Positions 46,030-57,715 are shown, numbered from the stretch's first letter. The stretch: DNA of 64,000 bases from Candidatus Poriferihabitaceae bacterium (GCA_965214205.1 OZ243941.1:440745-504744), one strand, 5' to 3'. Notes: a model not told the origin generated them from the sequence alone. Numbers and translations are program-made.

Positions 46030-48630
46030 TCAGGCATCGCCGGATTGACGCCCGAAACGGAGTTTATCATCCATAAGGGCAACCGAAACATGGTCGCCAG
46101 ACATGAATTTGCCAGCCAATATCTCCTGCGCCAGTTGATTCTCTATCCGGGTTTGTATCGCGCGTTTCAACGGCCGCGCCCCGTAAACCGGATCGAAACC
46201 GGCTTCAACCAGCTTGTCCAGCGCCTGGTCCGATATTTCCAGCGTCATGTCCCGCTCAGCGAGCCGGCTTTCCAGATACTGAATCTGGATTCGCGCGATT
46301 CCCCGGAGTTGATCCCGCTGTAACGGATGAAAGACCACCATATCATCGACCCGGTTGATAAATTCCGGGCGAAAGTGTGTTCCGACCACACCCATCACAG
46401 CCTCTTTCATCCGGGCATAATGATTCTTTGAGGAGCTGTCATGACTGATTTCCTGGATCATCTGCGACCCCAGATTCGAGGTCATCACGATTACTGTATT
46501 TTTGAAATCAACCGTCCGCCCCTGCCCATCGGTCAATCGGCCATCATCCAGTACCTGAAGCAGAACATTGAACACGTCCCGATGCGCCTTCTCAATCTCG
46601 TCAAGCAGGATCACCGAATAGGGGCGGCGGCGGACCGCCTCGGTCAGATATCCGCCTTCCTCATACCCCACATATCCAGGCGGCGCTCCAATCAGCCGCG
46701 CCACGGAATGCCTTTCCATGAACTCCGACATATCGACCCGCACCATGGCCTCTTCACTGTCGAACAGGAATTCCGCCAATGCCTTGGTCAGCTCAGTTTT
46801 CCCCACCCCGGTCGGGCCCAGAAACAGAAATGAGCCATACGGCCTGCCCGGATCGGACAGCCCTGCCCTGGAACGGCGTATCGTATTGGATACCGCGGCA
46901 ATGGCTTCTTCCTGCCCGACCACACGCTCATGCAGCTTGCTTTCCATCTGCAACAGTTTTTCACGCTCCCCCTCCAGCATCCTGGCAACCGGAATACCGG
47001 TCCAGTTGGCCACCACTTCTGCAATTTCATCCTCACTGACATGGCTGCGCAGCAGAGTCGTTTCCGGCTTGTTGGTCAAATCCGCGGCCTGAATCTGTTT
47101 TTCCAGTTCGGGGATGCGTCCGTACTGCAATTCGGACATTCGAGTCAGGTCTCCGGCCCGGCGGGCGGCCTCCAGCTCAATGCGGACACGGTCGAGTTCC
47201 TCCTTGACATGCTGGCTGCCCTGAACGGCCGATTTCTCCGCGTTCCAGATTTCCTCCAGGTCGGCAAATTCCCTCTCAAGCCGGCTGATTTCGGTTTCCA
47301 GGACTTCGAGCCGCTTCAGGGAAGCCTCATCGCTCTCCTTCTTTAACGCTTCGCGCTCGATTTTCAATTGAATCAACCTGCGCTCCAGCCTGTCCATCGC
47401 TTCCGGTTTGGAATCAATTTCCATACGAATCCGGCTGGCCGCTTCATCGACCAAATCAATCGCCTTGTCCGGCAAGTTCCGGTCCGTGACATAGCGATGG
47501 GAAAGCGTAGCCGCCGCGACAATGGCCGGGTCCGTAATATCCACACCATGATGCACCTCGTAGCGCTCCTTCAGGCCCCGCAGAATGGCAATCGTGTCCT
47601 CAACACCCGGTTCGTCCACCAGCACTTTCTGGAATCGACGTTCCAGCGCCGCGTCTTTCTCGATATATTGCCGGTATTCGTTCAGGGTGGTCGCTCCAAC
47701 ACAATGCAACTCCCCGCGCGCCAGCGCAGGCTTCAGCATATTGCCCGCGTCCATGGCGCCTTCCGCCTTGCCCGCGCCCACCATAGTATGCAGCTCATCA
47801 ATAAACAGGATGATCTGCCCCTCCTGTTTCGACAGATCATTCAGCACCGCCTTCAGGCGTTCCTCAAACTCGCCCCGATATTTGGCGCCGGCAAGGAGAG
47901 AACCGAAATCAAGCGCAAGCACCCTTTTGTTTTTGACACCGTCCGGCGCCTCTCCATCCACGATCCTCTGCGCCAACCCTTCGATGATGGCCGTCTTGCC
48001 GACACCCGGCTCGCCGATCAATACCGGGTTATTCTTGGTCCTTCTCTGCAGAACCTGAATCGCCCGGCGAATCTCGTCATCACGGCCAATCACCGGATCC
48101 AGTTTGCCCTGCTCGGCGCGCTCGGTCACATCGACCGTGTATTTTTCCAACGCCTGGCGATTGTCCTCCGAACTCTCGCTGTCAACGGACTGACCTCCGC
48201 GCATCGTGTCAATCGCCTTTTCCAGAGGGGTTGCGGAAGCTCCCGCGTCTCGCATCAGTTTGCCAAGCGGGCCCTTGTCATTCACCGCCGCGAGAACAAA
48301 AAGCTCACTGGTAATGAACTGATCCTTGCGTTTCTGGGCCAGACCGTCGCAGACATTGAGCAATTTCGCGAGACTGCCGGACAGATGAACCTCCCCCTGA
48401 TTGCCTTCCACCTGGGCCAGTTGATCCAGCGCGTTACCGAGCGCTGACCTCAACTGGCTGACATTGACATTGCTGCGGGCGAGCAGGTGCCTGGCGTTGC
48501 CGCCATCCTGATCCAGCAACGCCAGCATCAGATGCAAGGGCTCAACAAATTGATGTCCGCGCCCGACCGTCAGACTTTCGGCCTCGCCCAGAGCCAGTCT
48601 GAATTTCGTTGTCAGCTTGTCAAATCGCAT
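46030..48630 (-). CDS. clpB: ATP-dependent chaperone/disaggregase ClpB
   Basis: '[10 protein letters not shown]' N-terminus, two Walker A motifs 'GEPGVGKT' and 'GPTGVGKT', and a long middle coiled-coil. Start at ATG 48630; the tracked ORF begins one codon upstream at a GTG. Confidence 0.95.
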   Translation of the reverse strand: MRFDKLTTKFRLALGEAESLTVGRGHQFVEPLHLMLALLDQDGGNARHLLARSNVNVSQLRSALGNALDQLAQVEGNQGEVHLSGSLAKLLNVCDGLAQKRKDQFITSELFVLAAVNDKGPLGKLMRDAGASATPLEKAIDTMRGGQSVDSESSEDNRQALEKYTVDVTERAEQGKLDPVIGRDDEIRRAIQVLQRRTKNNPVLIGEPGVGKTAIIEGLAQRIVDGEAPDGVKNKRVLALDFGSLLAGAKYRGEFEERLKAVLNDLSKQEGQIILFIDELHTMVGAGKAEGAMDAGNMLKPALARGELHCVGATTLNEYRQYIEKDAALERRFQKVLVDEPGVEDTIAILRGLKERYEVHHGVDITDPAIVAAATLSHRYVTDRNLPDKAIDLVDEAASRIRMEIDSKPEAMDRLERRLIQLKIEREALKKESDEASLKRLEVLETEISRLEREFADLEEIWNAEKSAVQGSQHVKEELDRVRIELEAARRAGDLTRMSELQYGRIPELEKQIQAADLTNKPETTLLRSHVSEDEIAEVVANWTGIPVARMLEGEREKLLQMESKLHERVVGQEEAIAAVSNTIRRSRAGLSDPGRPYGSFLFLGPTGVGKTELTKALAEFLFDSEEAMVRVDMSEFMERHSVARLIGAPPGYVGYEEGGYLTEAVRRRPYSVILLDEIEKAHRDVFNVLLQVLDDGRLTDGQGRTVDFKNTVIVMTSNLGSQMIQEISHDSSSKNHYARMKEAVMGVVGTHFRPEFINRVDDMVVFHPLQRDQLRGIARIQIQYLESRLAERDMTLEISDQALDKLVEAGFDPVYGARPLKRAIQTRIENQLAQEILAGKFMSGDHVSVALMDDKLRFGRQSGDA

Positions 48631-48737
48631 CACTCGACCTCACTCATTCACCCGTTGGTCTCGTTATCAAACGGCTTTGGAAAACCGCGCACCCACTGCC
48701 CGCCTGACGGTCGTCAGGCAGCATTCTTACAGTTCTT

Positions 48738-48764
48738 AAATGGGGATAATCGGGCGATTTTCAA
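48738..48764 (-). promoter_or_regulatory. sigma-32 (heat-shock) type promoter of clpB
   Basis: The minus strand reads 'gTTGAAA-atcgcccgattat-CCCCATTT' (13-nt spacer), about 105 nt upstream of the clpB ATG. This matches the consensus CTTGAAA-N13-15-CCCCATNT. Confidence 0.7.
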
Positions 48765-48855
48765 CCGGGGTTTTCCGCAATGCCCGGACAGCCGAAGCCG
48801 GGTCATGCGGATGTTCGTATCGGCTTTCGGGGCAAGCCGGATGTGTGCGCCACCG

Positions 48856-50169
48856 TCAGACAGCGCGGCCCTGCAAATCGTAGTCCGTCGCGCCGGTCAC
48901 TCTGACCCGGACAATGTCACCGGGCGACCATTGCGATTCACCGCCCTCGATTTCGACCACGCCATCGACTTCGGGAGCGTCTCCCTTGCTGCGGCCAAGA
49001 ACCTGCCCGCCGTCCACAGTGTCGATCATGACCTCCATCTCCTTGCCGATCTTTTGCTGCAGCCGGCCGGATGAAATGACTGCCTGGCGCTGCATGAAGG
49101 CATCATACCGCTCCACCTTGACCGGTTCAGGCACGCGGTCTTCAATCGCATTGGCCGCGGCTCCCTGCACATCAGAATATCTGAAGCAGCCCGCTCGGTC
49201 GATTTGCGCATCATCCAGAAAATCCAACAGCGCTTGAAAATCCTGATCTGTCTCCCCGGGAAAGCCAACAATAAAGGTACTGCGAATAGTCAGTTCCGGG
49301 CAAACCCGGCGCCAGTTTGCGATTCGCTCCAGCGCCTTTTCACTATGCGCTGGCCGCCTCATAGCCTTCAGCACGGGCCGGCTGGCGTGCTGAAACGGAA
49401 TATCGAGATAAGGCAACAGCCCCCCATCAACCATCAGGGGAATCAGGTGATCGACATGGGGATACGGATAGATATAGTGCAACCGCACCCAGACCCCCAA
49501 CCGGCCCAACGCTTCCGCCAGGTCCTGGATGTGTGCCCGGATCGGCCGGGCGCCATGAAACGAAGTCCGGTATTTCAGGTCCAGACCATACGCGCTGGTA
49601 TCCTGGGAGACAATCAGCAGCTCCCGCACCCCGGCGCTGACCAGGGCTTCGGCTTCGACCAATACGTCACAGGCCGGGCGGCTGACCAACCTGCCCCGCA
49701 TTTGCGGAATAATACAGAACGAACAACGATGGTTGCAGCCCTCGGATATCTTCAGATAGGCATAGTGCCGGGGAGTCAACTTCAACCCGCCCGGCGGAAC
49801 CAGGTCCTGGAAAGGGTCATGCGCCGGGGGTAGATGCTGATGGACCGCCTGCATGACATCCCCGGCCGCATCAGGGCCGGTTACCGCCAATACTTCGGGA
49901 TGGACCTGTTGCACAATATCGCCTTTCGCGCCCAGGCATCCGGTCACGATCACCCGGCCATTTTCAGCCAGCGCCTCGCCAATGACCCCCAGCGATTCCT
50001 CAATCGCGTCATCAATGAAACCGCAGGTATTGACGATGACCAGGTCCGCATCATCGTATCGCGCCGTCATCTGATAGCCCTGCACCCGCAACTCTGTCAG
50101 AATCCGTTCCGAATCCACAGTCGCCTTGGCGCAGCCAAGACTGACGAAACCGACCTTGCCCGGACTCAT
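48856..50169 (-). CDS. rimO: ribosomal protein S12 methylthiotransferase
   Basis: '[16 protein letters not shown]', 'VNTCGFI', the radical-SAM motif 'CNHRCSFC', and a C-terminal TRAM domain. Start at ATG 50169. Confidence 0.9.
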   Translation of the reverse strand: MSPGKVGFVSLGCAKATVDSERILTELRVQGYQMTARYDDADLVIVNTCGFIDDAIEESLGVIGEALAENGRVIVTGCLGAKGDIVQQVHPEVLAVTGPDAAGDVMQAVHQHLPPAHDPFQDLVPPGGLKLTPRHYAYLKISEGCNHRCSFCIIPQMRGRLVSRPACDVLVEAEALVSAGVRELLIVSQDTSAYGLDLKYRTSFHGARPIRAHIQDLAEALGRLGVWVRLHYIYPYPHVDHLIPLMVDGGLLPYLDIPFQHASRPVLKAMRRPAHSEKALERIANWRRVCPELTIRSTFIVGFPGETDQDFQALLDFLDDAQIDRAGCFRYSDVQGAAANAIEDRVPEPVKVERYDAFMQRQAVISSGRLQQKIGKEMEVMIDTVDGGQVLGRSKGDAPEVDGVVEIEGGESQWSPGDIVRVRVTGATDYDLQGRAV

Positions 50170-50173
50170 CCCG

Positions 50174-51046
50174 TCATTTACCGGGAAGGTCGCCCGCCTG
50201 ATTTTCGTCCAATCGCTCCTCCCTTCTTTGCAGGCGCCGTTGTTTTGCCTCGGCGTGCATATCAATACTCATTTCCCCGTACAAAACCTGCTTCAGAAAA
50301 CGGCATGAAAACTGGAAAAGCCGGTCCTCATCCTCCACCAACTCCCGCTTCTCCTGTTGATCAATATCAAATACCTCTGAAAATCCCGGACTTTCCAGAA
50401 ACGCGCGAAAGTTATCGATATCGTAACTGCACATGTCGAACAACTGCATCGACCGGGGCGTAGGCTTGCCCACAGTGGGTCCTGAAGAGCGCTTTTTAAG
50501 AACAATGTCGCGCCACTCCCGGTTTTTCTCGTCATACTCCACCAGCCCCTGTTCGACAAGATACTCCCTCACGGTCTGGGTACGGGGTTCCTCGTGTCCC
50601 TTGCAATGAGACTCCCTGACCACGAAGTAGACATCCTCGACTTCAGCGGCGCCCTGTTTCCGCACCCCCATGGAACCCAGGGCATAATAGCGGCAGGCCG
50701 TAGGCCGATCCTCATAAACACTGCAACCCTCCGGTCTCAGGAACACACAGGCGGTAGACCCCGGCCGGGTGGCCAGTTTCAGGCCGGGCATATCATGGGC
50801 GTCCATCGGGAAAGGCATGGTATATTTCGCGACCCACTCGGAAGACGAAATGCCCTCCCTGCGCTTCAGACGCTGAATGTCATACGGCATCAGGGTAATA
50901 TCGATGTTCTTGCAACATTCATTAAAACAGGAAATGTCCTTGTGGCAGTGAAACTGAAATTCGCTGTCCAAAGTCAATTCAACCGGATTCACCGGGCTTT
51001 CATAGGGAATTTCTTCCTTTATTTTTTCGAGATCTTCCAGAGACAT
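50174..51046 (-). CDS. YkgJ-family (UPF0153, CxxCxxCC) cysteine-cluster protein
   Basis: '[13 protein letters not shown]' and '[23 protein letters not shown]'. Ends 4 nt before the rimO start. Confidence 0.7.
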   Translation of the reverse strand: MSLEDLEKIKEEIPYESPVNPVELTLDSEFQFHCHKDISCFNECCKNIDITLMPYDIQRLKRREGISSSEWVAKYTMPFPMDAHDMPGLKLATRPGSTACVFLRPEGCSVYEDRPTACRYYALGSMGVRKQGAAEVEDVYFVVRESHCKGHEEPRTQTVREYLVEQGLVEYDEKNREWRDIVLKKRSSGPTVGKPTPRSMQLFDMCSYDIDNFRAFLESPGFSEVFDIDQQEKRELVEDEDRLFQFSCRFLKQVLYGEMSIDMHAEAKQRRLQRREERLDENQAGDLPGK

Positions 51047-51155
51047 TTATTGGGCAACTCCGTGGAAACAGATGTAAAATCAGCCTACCCGATCTTAACG
51101 CCTGCGCCGTGTACAGGCAATTCAAATCGAACAACCCGCGTTGATATGCCGCGAT

Positions 51156-52547
51156 ATGCCACTTGAAATCATCATTCTCGCCGCCGGACAGGGCACAAGG
51201 ATGCACTCCGACCTGCCCAAGGCGCTCCATCAGGTAGGCGGCAGGCCAATGTTGCAGCATTTGCTCGAAACGGTGACCGGGCTGGAACCGGAACGAATCC
51301 ATGTCGTCGTCGGCCACGGCAAGGAGCGAGTCATACCGGCAATCGAACAACGCTGCCCCTCCCTGATCGCGGACCAGAAACTCAAGTGGGTCGAGCAAGC
51401 AAGCCAGCGGGGAACTGGCCATGCCGTCATGCAGGCGCTGCCGGACATTGCGGAAAATTCATCGGTACTGATTCTGAACGGCGATGTCCCGCTCATTTCC
51501 CTGGAAACGCTCGAACGGGTCGCGGCGCACGGCGAAAACCTGAACCTGCTCACCGTATCGCTCGACAACCCTCACGCAATGGGCCGGATTATCCGCAACG
51601 ACAGCAACGAGATCATCGGCATCGTAGAGGAAAAAGACGCCACCGAGGCGCAAAAAAGGATCCGGGAAACCAACACCAACTGCCTGTGCGCCAAGGGGCG
51701 TCAGTTGAACCGGTGGCTGGCTTCGATCACCTCCGCAAACGCGCAAAATGAACTCTACCTGACCGACACAATCGAAAACGCGGCCAGGGACGGGGTCCGG
51801 ATACAAAGTGTTTCCCCGGATTCAGTGACCGAAACCCTGGGCGTAAACAGCAAGGCCGACCTCGCCCGACTGGAAAGAATCCACCAGCGTCAACTGGCGG
51901 AAAAACTGATGAACCAGGGTCTTACACTGCTGGATCATGCCCGGTTCGACCTGCGCGGAACCTGTGATTTCGGCCGGGATTGCGTGATTGACGTCAATGT
52001 CATACTGGGAGGGCGCGTCGAACTGGGAGACGCGGTCGTGATCGGGCCGAACACGATCATACGCGACTCGACTATCGGCGGAAACTGTGTGATCGAGGCC
52101 AACAGCGTGATCGACAATGCCGTAATCGGGAGCGATTGCCGGATCGGGCCATTTGCGCGAATCCGCCCGGGGACTGTACTTGAGGACGAGGTACACATCG
52201 GGAATTTCGTCGAAGTTAAAAATAGCCGGATAAAGGATCAGAGCAAAGTCAATCATCTTTCCTATATCGGGGACAGCGAGGCCGGCAAACGCGTCAATGT
52301 TGGAGCCGGTACCATTACCTGCAATTATGACGGAGCCAACAAACACAAAACGGTGATTGGCGATGATGTGCATGTCGGATCATCCAGCCAACTGGTGGCG
52401 CCGGTCACGATTGGCGACGGAGCCACCATCGGCGCAGGCTCGACCATCACCCATGATGTAGCCGGTGATACGCTCACCGTCGCCCGCGCCCGGCAGCGTT
52501 CGGTCCGGCGCTGGAAACGGCCTGAAAAGAAACAAAAGACAACATAA
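51156..52547 (+). CDS. glmU: bifunctional UDP-N-acetylglucosamine pyrophosphorylase / glucosamine-1-phosphate N-acetyltransferase
   Basis: 'ILAAGQGTRMHSDLPKALH' and C-terminal hexapeptide repeats. Context is upstream of glmS. Confidence 0.93.
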   Translation: MPLEIIILAAGQGTRMHSDLPKALHQVGGRPMLQHLLETVTGLEPERIHVVVGHGKERVIPAIEQRCPSLIADQKLKWVEQASQRGTGHAVMQALPDIAENSSVLILNGDVPLISLETLERVAAHGENLNLLTVSLDNPHAMGRIIRNDSNEIIGIVEEKDATEAQKRIRETNTNCLCAKGRQLNRWLASITSANAQNELYLTDTIENAARDGVRIQSVSPDSVTETLGVNSKADLARLERIHQRQLAEKLMNQGLTLLDHARFDLRGTCDFGRDCVIDVNVILGGRVELGDAVVIGPNTIIRDSTIGGNCVIEANSVIDNAVIGSDCRIGPFARIRPGTVLEDEVHIGNFVEVKNSRIKDQSKVNHLSYIGDSEAGKRVNVGAGTITCNYDGANKHKTVIGDDVHVGSSSQLVAPVTIGDGATIGAGSTITHDVAGDTLTVARARQRSVRRWKRPEKKQKTT

Positions 52548-52577
52548 TGTCATCATGTCATTGACAGAGAACAGATC

Positions 52578-54410
52578 ATGTGCGGGATAGTCGGCGCAGT
52601 CGCAAAATCCGATGTGCTTCCGGTTCTGCTGGACGGACTGAAACGCCTGGAATACCGCGGATACGATTCCGCCGGGGTTGCGTTGATCGACCCGAGCCGG
52701 AATATTTCCCGCACCCGCAGCGTAGGCAAAATTGCCGAACTGGAGAAGGCGCTTCCCGATTCCGGCGTCCAGCGCGGCACGACCGGCATCGCCCATACCC
52801 GCTGGGCAACTCATGGCCCCCCCACGGAAATCAACGCCCACCCCCACATGAGCGGCGCCCGGATAGCGCTGGTCTGCAACGGCATTATCGAGAATCACGA
52901 GAGCCTCAGACGAGCGCAAATAGAAGACGGCATGGAATTTCACTCCGACACCGACACCGAGGTCATCGTCAACGAAATATATCGACATATCCGGGACGGC
53001 CGGGATCTTCTGGAATCGGTCAGGGAGACGCTCCAGGTACTGGAAGGCGCGTTCGCCATTGGCGTGATCAGCGCCGATGAACCAGACCGCCTGGTCGGAG
53101 CGCGGCGCGGTTCACCGCTGGTGGTCGGGATTGGCCAGGGTGAATCATTCATCGCTTCGGATATGTCGGCGCTGCTCCCGGTTACGCGCGAGTTCCACAT
53201 CCTCGAAAATGGCGATATCGTCGATATCAAGGACGGCGCAATCACGATCACCGACCAGGCAAGCCAACCCTGTCACCGGGAAGTCAAGGTCAGCGCAATA
53301 TCGGCAGACGCAGCCGAGCTCGGGGATTATCGTCACTTCATGGCAAAGGAAATTCACGAACAGGGGGTTGCAATTGCCAATACGCTGGAAGGACGGCTTA
53401 CCGGAACCCGCGTCCTCGAAGCCTGTTTCGGCAACGCAGCCGACGCTATCTTCGACTGCACCCGTTCGATCCAGATTATCGCCTGCGGAACCAGCTACCA
53501 TGCCGGCATGGTAGCCCGTCACTGGTTTGAAGAGATGGGGATACCCTGCCAGGTCGAGATTGCCAGTGAATTTCACTCTCGCAGTCATGCCGTACCGGAC
53601 GATTGTCTGGTAGTTGCCCTGTCCCAGTCCGGGGAAACTATCGACACGCTGACCGCATTAGCCCTGGCTCAGTCGGAAGGCTATAAATATTCCCTGGCAA
53701 TTTGCAATGTTCCGGAAAGCGCCCTGGTGCGGGAAACCGATCTGGTCCTGATGACCCATGCAGGACCGGAAATCGGAGTCGCCTCAACCAAGGCATTCAC
53801 CACCCAACTGACCGCACTACGCCTGCTGACCATCGCGATCGGTCGCAGATTCAATCTGACGGCGACAGACGAGGCCAGGCTGGTCCGGGAACTACGCGAA
53901 TTGCCCGGCAAGGTAGAAGACTCGCTGCAACTCGAGCCGATAATCCAGAACATTGCCGAACAGTTCGCCGACAAGCATCATGCCCTGTTCCTGGGACGCG
54001 GCGTACACTATCCGATTGCTCTGGAAGGCGCATTGAAGCTGAAGGAAATTTCTTATATTCATGCAGAAGCCTATCCGGCCGGAGAACTGAAGCATGGCCC
54101 ATTGGCGCTGGTGGACAACGAAATGCCGGTCATATCCGTCGCCCCCAATGATCGACTGCTGAACAAGCTCAAGGGCAACATCGAAGAAGTGCGCGCCCGC
54201 GGCGGCAAACTGATCGTCTTCGCCGACTCCAACGCCAGAATGACCAATCAGGAAAACCTCCAGGTCACCAACGTAGCCCCGGTCGACAGCTCCATCGCCC
54301 CCATCATCTACACCATCCCCCTCCAGCTTCTCGCCTACCACGTAGCCCTGATCAAAGGCACCGACGTGGACAAACCCAGAAACCTCGCTAAGTCGGTTAC
54401 GGTGGAATAG
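52578..54410 (+). CDS. glmS: glutamine--fructose-6-phosphate aminotransferase
   Basis: 'MCGIVGAV' with the Ntn Cys, SIS domains, and the C-terminal 'DVDKPRNLAKSVTVE'. Confidence 0.95.
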   Translation: MCGIVGAVAKSDVLPVLLDGLKRLEYRGYDSAGVALIDPSRNISRTRSVGKIAELEKALPDSGVQRGTTGIAHTRWATHGPPTEINAHPHMSGARIALVCNGIIENHESLRRAQIEDGMEFHSDTDTEVIVNEIYRHIRDGRDLLESVRETLQVLEGAFAIGVISADEPDRLVGARRGSPLVVGIGQGESFIASDMSALLPVTREFHILENGDIVDIKDGAITITDQASQPCHREVKVSAISADAAELGDYRHFMAKEIHEQGVAIANTLEGRLTGTRVLEACFGNAADAIFDCTRSIQIIACGTSYHAGMVARHWFEEMGIPCQVEIASEFHSRSHAVPDDCLVVALSQSGETIDTLTALALAQSEGYKYSLAICNVPESALVRETDLVLMTHAGPEIGVASTKAFTTQLTALRLLTIAIGRRFNLTATDEARLVRELRELPGKVEDSLQLEPIIQNIAEQFADKHHALFLGRGVHYPIALEGALKLKEISYIHAEAYPAGELKHGPLALVDNEMPVISVAPNDRLLNKLKGNIEEVRARGGKLIVFADSNARMTNQENLQVTNVAPVDSSIAPIIYTIPLQLLAYHVALIKGTDVDKPRNLAKSVTVE

Positions 54411-54483
54411 GTGCCGCCAGTATACTCCTTAGATTGCAAAATAATTGCTGTGTCAATAACACGAGACCTGGAATTAGTAATCA

Positions 54484-55596
54484 ATGAGAATAAAAAACAT
54501 ATTTGTACATCAACTCAAGATTCCATTTAAGCCACTCGGTAGTCTGTGGATTGGGCGAAGAAAACCGCCCTGCCTGGATAGTACAGTTGTCGTTTTAACT
54601 ACAGAATCAGGTCAAACAGGTGTTGGCGAAACCTGTCCTATTGGCTCGGTCTACCTGCCCGCATTCGCACTTGGGGTACGAGCGGCTATCGAAGAAATGG
54701 CTCCGGCGCTCATTGGAGAAGATGCAACGAATATCGCTCGAATCGCTCAGGTGATGGATGGTTCGCTGTTTGGACATGACTACGCAAAAGCGGCAATCGA
54801 TATTGCTTGTTGGGACCTGCTGGGAAAAAGTACGGGCTTAAGCATTAGCGCCATCATGGGTGGACGACACCAGATCACGATTCCAGCTTACGCCTCCATT
54901 CCACTAGATTCGCCAAAAGAAATGGTCGCCTGCGCCCGGGAAAGACGTACGGAAGGATATCAGTATTTCCAGGTAAAGGTTGGAGATGATCCCATTGAGG
55001 ACGTTGCCCGTGCCAGAGCAGTGCTTGGCGAAGCCAGGAAAGGTGAAGTGTTTATGGTCGACGCCAATCGCGGCTGGTCCAAACCTGACGCGTTACGCGC
55101 GGTGGCGGCATTGAATCAGGGACCAAAATTCGCCGACTGCTATATCGAACAACCGTGCGCCACATACGATGAGTGTCTGGTGGTCAGGTCGAAATGCCCG
55201 CAGCCGATGATTCTGGACGAGGTTATCGATACCATTAAAGATCTTGCTAAAGCAATCAAGGATAAAGCGTTGGACGGCTTGGTCATTAAAATCACTCATG
55301 CGGGCGGCCTGAGTAAAGCTCGCTTGTTGCGGGATGTTTGTCTGCACCATGGAATCAAGATGCGAATAGAGGACACCGCCGGCACGGAAATTACCCGAGC
55401 CGCCCAAGCGCAATTAGCCGCAGCAACACCACCTCATATGTTGTTGGGGTCCTACTCCTTTCTCCATTCACTACCTCCTTCGGCACAGGGGACACCTGAG
55501 CTTTTAGATGGCAGGTTACACTTAAACAATGAACCGGGTTTGGGAATCACCCCTGATATGAGTGTATTGGGGAAACCCGTGGCATATTACGAGTAA
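54484..55596 (+). CDS. enolase-superfamily enzyme, MR/MLE type (paralog 1)
   Basis: Metal-ligand contexts 'MVDANRGW', 'YIEQP', 'ILDEV'. Second catalytic Lys context 'VIKITHAGG'. 'IDIACWDLLGK'. Confidence 0.85.
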   Translation: MRIKNIFVHQLKIPFKPLGSLWIGRRKPPCLDSTVVVLTTESGQTGVGETCPIGSVYLPAFALGVRAAIEEMAPALIGEDATNIARIAQVMDGSLFGHDYAKAAIDIACWDLLGKSTGLSISAIMGGRHQITIPAYASIPLDSPKEMVACARERRTEGYQYFQVKVGDDPIEDVARARAVLGEARKGEVFMVDANRGWSKPDALRAVAALNQGPKFADCYIEQPCATYDECLVVRSKCPQPMILDEVIDTIKDLAKAIKDKALDGLVIKITHAGGLSKARLLRDVCLHHGIKMRIEDTAGTEITRAAQAQLAAATPPHMLLGSYSFLHSLPPSAQGTPELLDGRLHLNNEPGLGITPDMSVLGKPVAYYE

Positions 55597-55608
55597 GGAG
55601 ACCATAAA

Positions 55609-56712
55609 ATGAAAATGACTAAAATCTCCGTCTTTCAAGTGAATCTGCCTTTCGATAAAGGGGTATATAAACTTTCCGGTGGTCGTACCTGGGAGGCCAT
55701 GGATACGACTGTAGTACGTATCGATACCGATACTGGTGTAGTGGGTTGGGGAGAAACCTGCCCGTTCGGGCCCAATTATCTCGAGTCATTCGCGCTAGGC
55801 GCTCGAGCTGGAATCAAGGAGCTTGCCCCCTCACTTCTCGGCCTCGACCCGTCTCAGCCGAATGTGGCGCTCTTGGCTATGAACCATAATATGCTTGGAC
55901 ATCCCTATGTCAAACACGCAATAGATATGGCCTGTTGGGATATATCAGGTAAGTGCGCCAACCAACCGCTTTACAAATTATTCGGGGGAATGTTGACCAA
56001 ATCGGCGCCTGTTGCCGGAGGGATTCCAATTGAGCATGGGGAAGCTATGGAGAACAGACTTGTCGAGTTGAGACGACGCAACTGCAAACAATTTTCCTGT
56101 AAAGCAAGTGGGGATGTTGAACAGGACATCACCTACATCAATGAATTGGGTGAATTGATGCATTCCGGCGAGTCGGTCAAATTTGATGCCAATGGTGGTT
56201 GGCGAGTGGATGAGGCGATAAGAGTAATGCGTGCTACGGAAAAGATCGATATTTACTTTGAACAGCCCTGCGCGAGTTTTGAAGAGTGCAAAACCGTACG
56301 CCAATCCTGCGGCAGACCCATTGTATTGGACGAGTGCGCTTTGACATTATCCGATATTTTAAAAGCCTGGAATGAAGGGGTTTGCGACGCGGTTAATTTA
56401 AAAATAGGCCGTGTCGGTGGGTTGTCTCATGCCATGGAAATTCGAAATCTGTGTGTATCACTGGGGATTCCTGTTCATATCCAGTGTACAGGTGGGAGTA
56501 GTATCACCCAAGCGTCGATTGTGCATTTGGCTCACTCGACACCAACCGATCGACTGCTCTGGATATGGGATATTGGCGACCTGGCCAGCTTCGCTACCGT
56601 TAAAAACCCGATTCTGAAACAAGAAGGCAAAATGCGAGCCCATGAATTACCAGGATTGGGAGTTGATCCGATAGCTGAGGTCTTGGGAATTCCGTTGGCC
56701 GAGTATCAATAG
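55609..56712 (+). CDS. enolase-superfamily enzyme, MR/MLE type (paralog 2)
   Basis: 'KFDANGGW', 'YFEQP', 'VLDEC', 'VNLKIGRVGG', 'IDMACWDISGK'. RBS 'aaggag' upstream. About one third identical to paralog 1 by eye. Confidence 0.85.
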   Translation: MKMTKISVFQVNLPFDKGVYKLSGGRTWEAMDTTVVRIDTDTGVVGWGETCPFGPNYLESFALGARAGIKELAPSLLGLDPSQPNVALLAMNHNMLGHPYVKHAIDMACWDISGKCANQPLYKLFGGMLTKSAPVAGGIPIEHGEAMENRLVELRRRNCKQFSCKASGDVEQDITYINELGELMHSGESVKFDANGGWRVDEAIRVMRATEKIDIYFEQPCASFEECKTVRQSCGRPIVLDECALTLSDILKAWNEGVCDAVNLKIGRVGGLSHAMEIRNLCVSLGIPVHIQCTGGSSITQASIVHLAHSTPTDRLLWIWDIGDLASFATVKNPILKQEGKMRAHELPGLGVDPIAEVLGIPLAEYQ

Positions 56713-56884
56713 CGCAGATTTGTTGCTATGTATACCTGAACAAGTCATCCGCGATTACCGGATCCTGGCCTACGCCTCCGAAGGCCATGTCCAGGCGTTG
56801 CGCTGTTAGGCCAACGCCGCCGCTTTCGCAGGAATGACGAGAATAACGAAATCAGGATTTTCGTGTACGTCGCGCCCTGCTGAG

Positions 56885-56982
56885 TTTGATAAAATCCGCT
56901 GCATGAACCCCCTCTCGGCCAGACAGAAGAATTTCCTGTACAGCAAGCTGGTATACGGCAGACTGCGTGTCCTCGCCAAACC
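56885..56982 (+). repeat. copy A of a 98-bp imperfect direct duplication (covers the start of the GT2 gene)
   Basis: Aligns base-for-base without gaps to 58965-59062, with about 15 mismatches in 98 by eye. Includes 18 nt upstream of the ATG and the first 26 codons. Confidence 0.85.
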
Positions 56983-57715
56983 ATGCTATGACCTGATACT
57001 CGGCGCCATACTGGTATTCGAGTGGATTGTCGACTTTTTCGTGCCGAAAGATGATTCTGACATCAGTGACCTGACTATCGTAATCAAAACCTTTGAACGG
57101 CCTTATGCAGTCAAGAGACTGGTCAGAAGCATCAAGCGCCGTTACGACCGAGCCAATATCCTGGTCGTCAATGACAGCAAAAACCCATCACAACTGGACG
57201 GGGTAGAAAATCTCATCATGCCCTACGATACCGGCATCTCGGCTGGCAGGAATGCAGCGCTGGATCGAATCCGGACACGGTATCTCTTGCTGCTGGACGA
57301 TGACTTCGTATTCAGCCGTCGCCAGAAACTTGGATACCTGATTTCCCAGATGGAAGAACATGACAACATCGACATACTCGGCGGCAGGTGTATTGATCTT
57401 CCCTTCTATATCATACACGACTTTCAGGACATCCCGGTTCCCTCTCCCGCAGAACCCAAAACCCCGTTGGGCCGGATGCTCGGCGAAAACATGATAGTCG
57501 ACAAGGTTCAGAATTACTTTATTGCCCGCACCGAATCCATTCGCCAAGTACGCTGGAACAATGACTTGAAGGTCTTGGAACACACCGAATTTTTTACCCG
57601 CGCCCGCGGGCGGATCACTACGGCCTATAGAGATGATATGCTGGTTCTCCATGCCAAAACACCCTTTGACATTGCCTATCATCGTCACCGCTTTCGCACC
57701 CGGACGACCGGCTGA
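56903..57715 (+). CDS. glycosyltransferase family 2-like protein with N-terminal TM anchor
   Basis: 'LTIVIKTFERPYAVKRLVRSI', 'ILVVNDS', 'SAGRNAAL', 'LLLLDDDFVF' (DxD). Start at ATG 56903 is supported by conservation of 'MNPL(S/P)ARQKNFLY' in duplicate copy B. The in-frame ATG 56834 is an alternative. Confidence 0.72.
   Translation: MNPLSARQKNFLYSKLVYGRLRVLAKPCYDLILGAILVFEWIVDFFVPKDDSDISDLTIVIKTFERPYAVKRLVRSIKRRYDRANILVVNDSKNPSQLDGVENLIMPYDTGISAGRNAALDRIRTRYLLLLDDDFVFSRRQKLGYLISQMEEHDNIDILGGRCIDLPFYIIHDFQDIPVPSPAEPKTPLGRMLGENMIVDKVQNYFIARTESIRQVRWNNDLKVLEHTEFFTRARGRITTAYRDDMLVLHAKTPFDIAYHRHRFRTRTTG

Noticed and set aside
47368-48447. 359-aa plus-strand ORF inside clpB
   Set aside because: It is antisense to an unmistakable ClpB sequence, so I treat it as a shadow ORF.
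54449-54483. Candidate Tn7-type end ('TGTGTCAATAACACGA...') 39 bp after the glmS stop
   Set aside because: I found no repeated 22-bp TnsB-like sites, no matching inverted end near 56.7 or 59.0 kb, no 5-bp target duplication and no tns genes.
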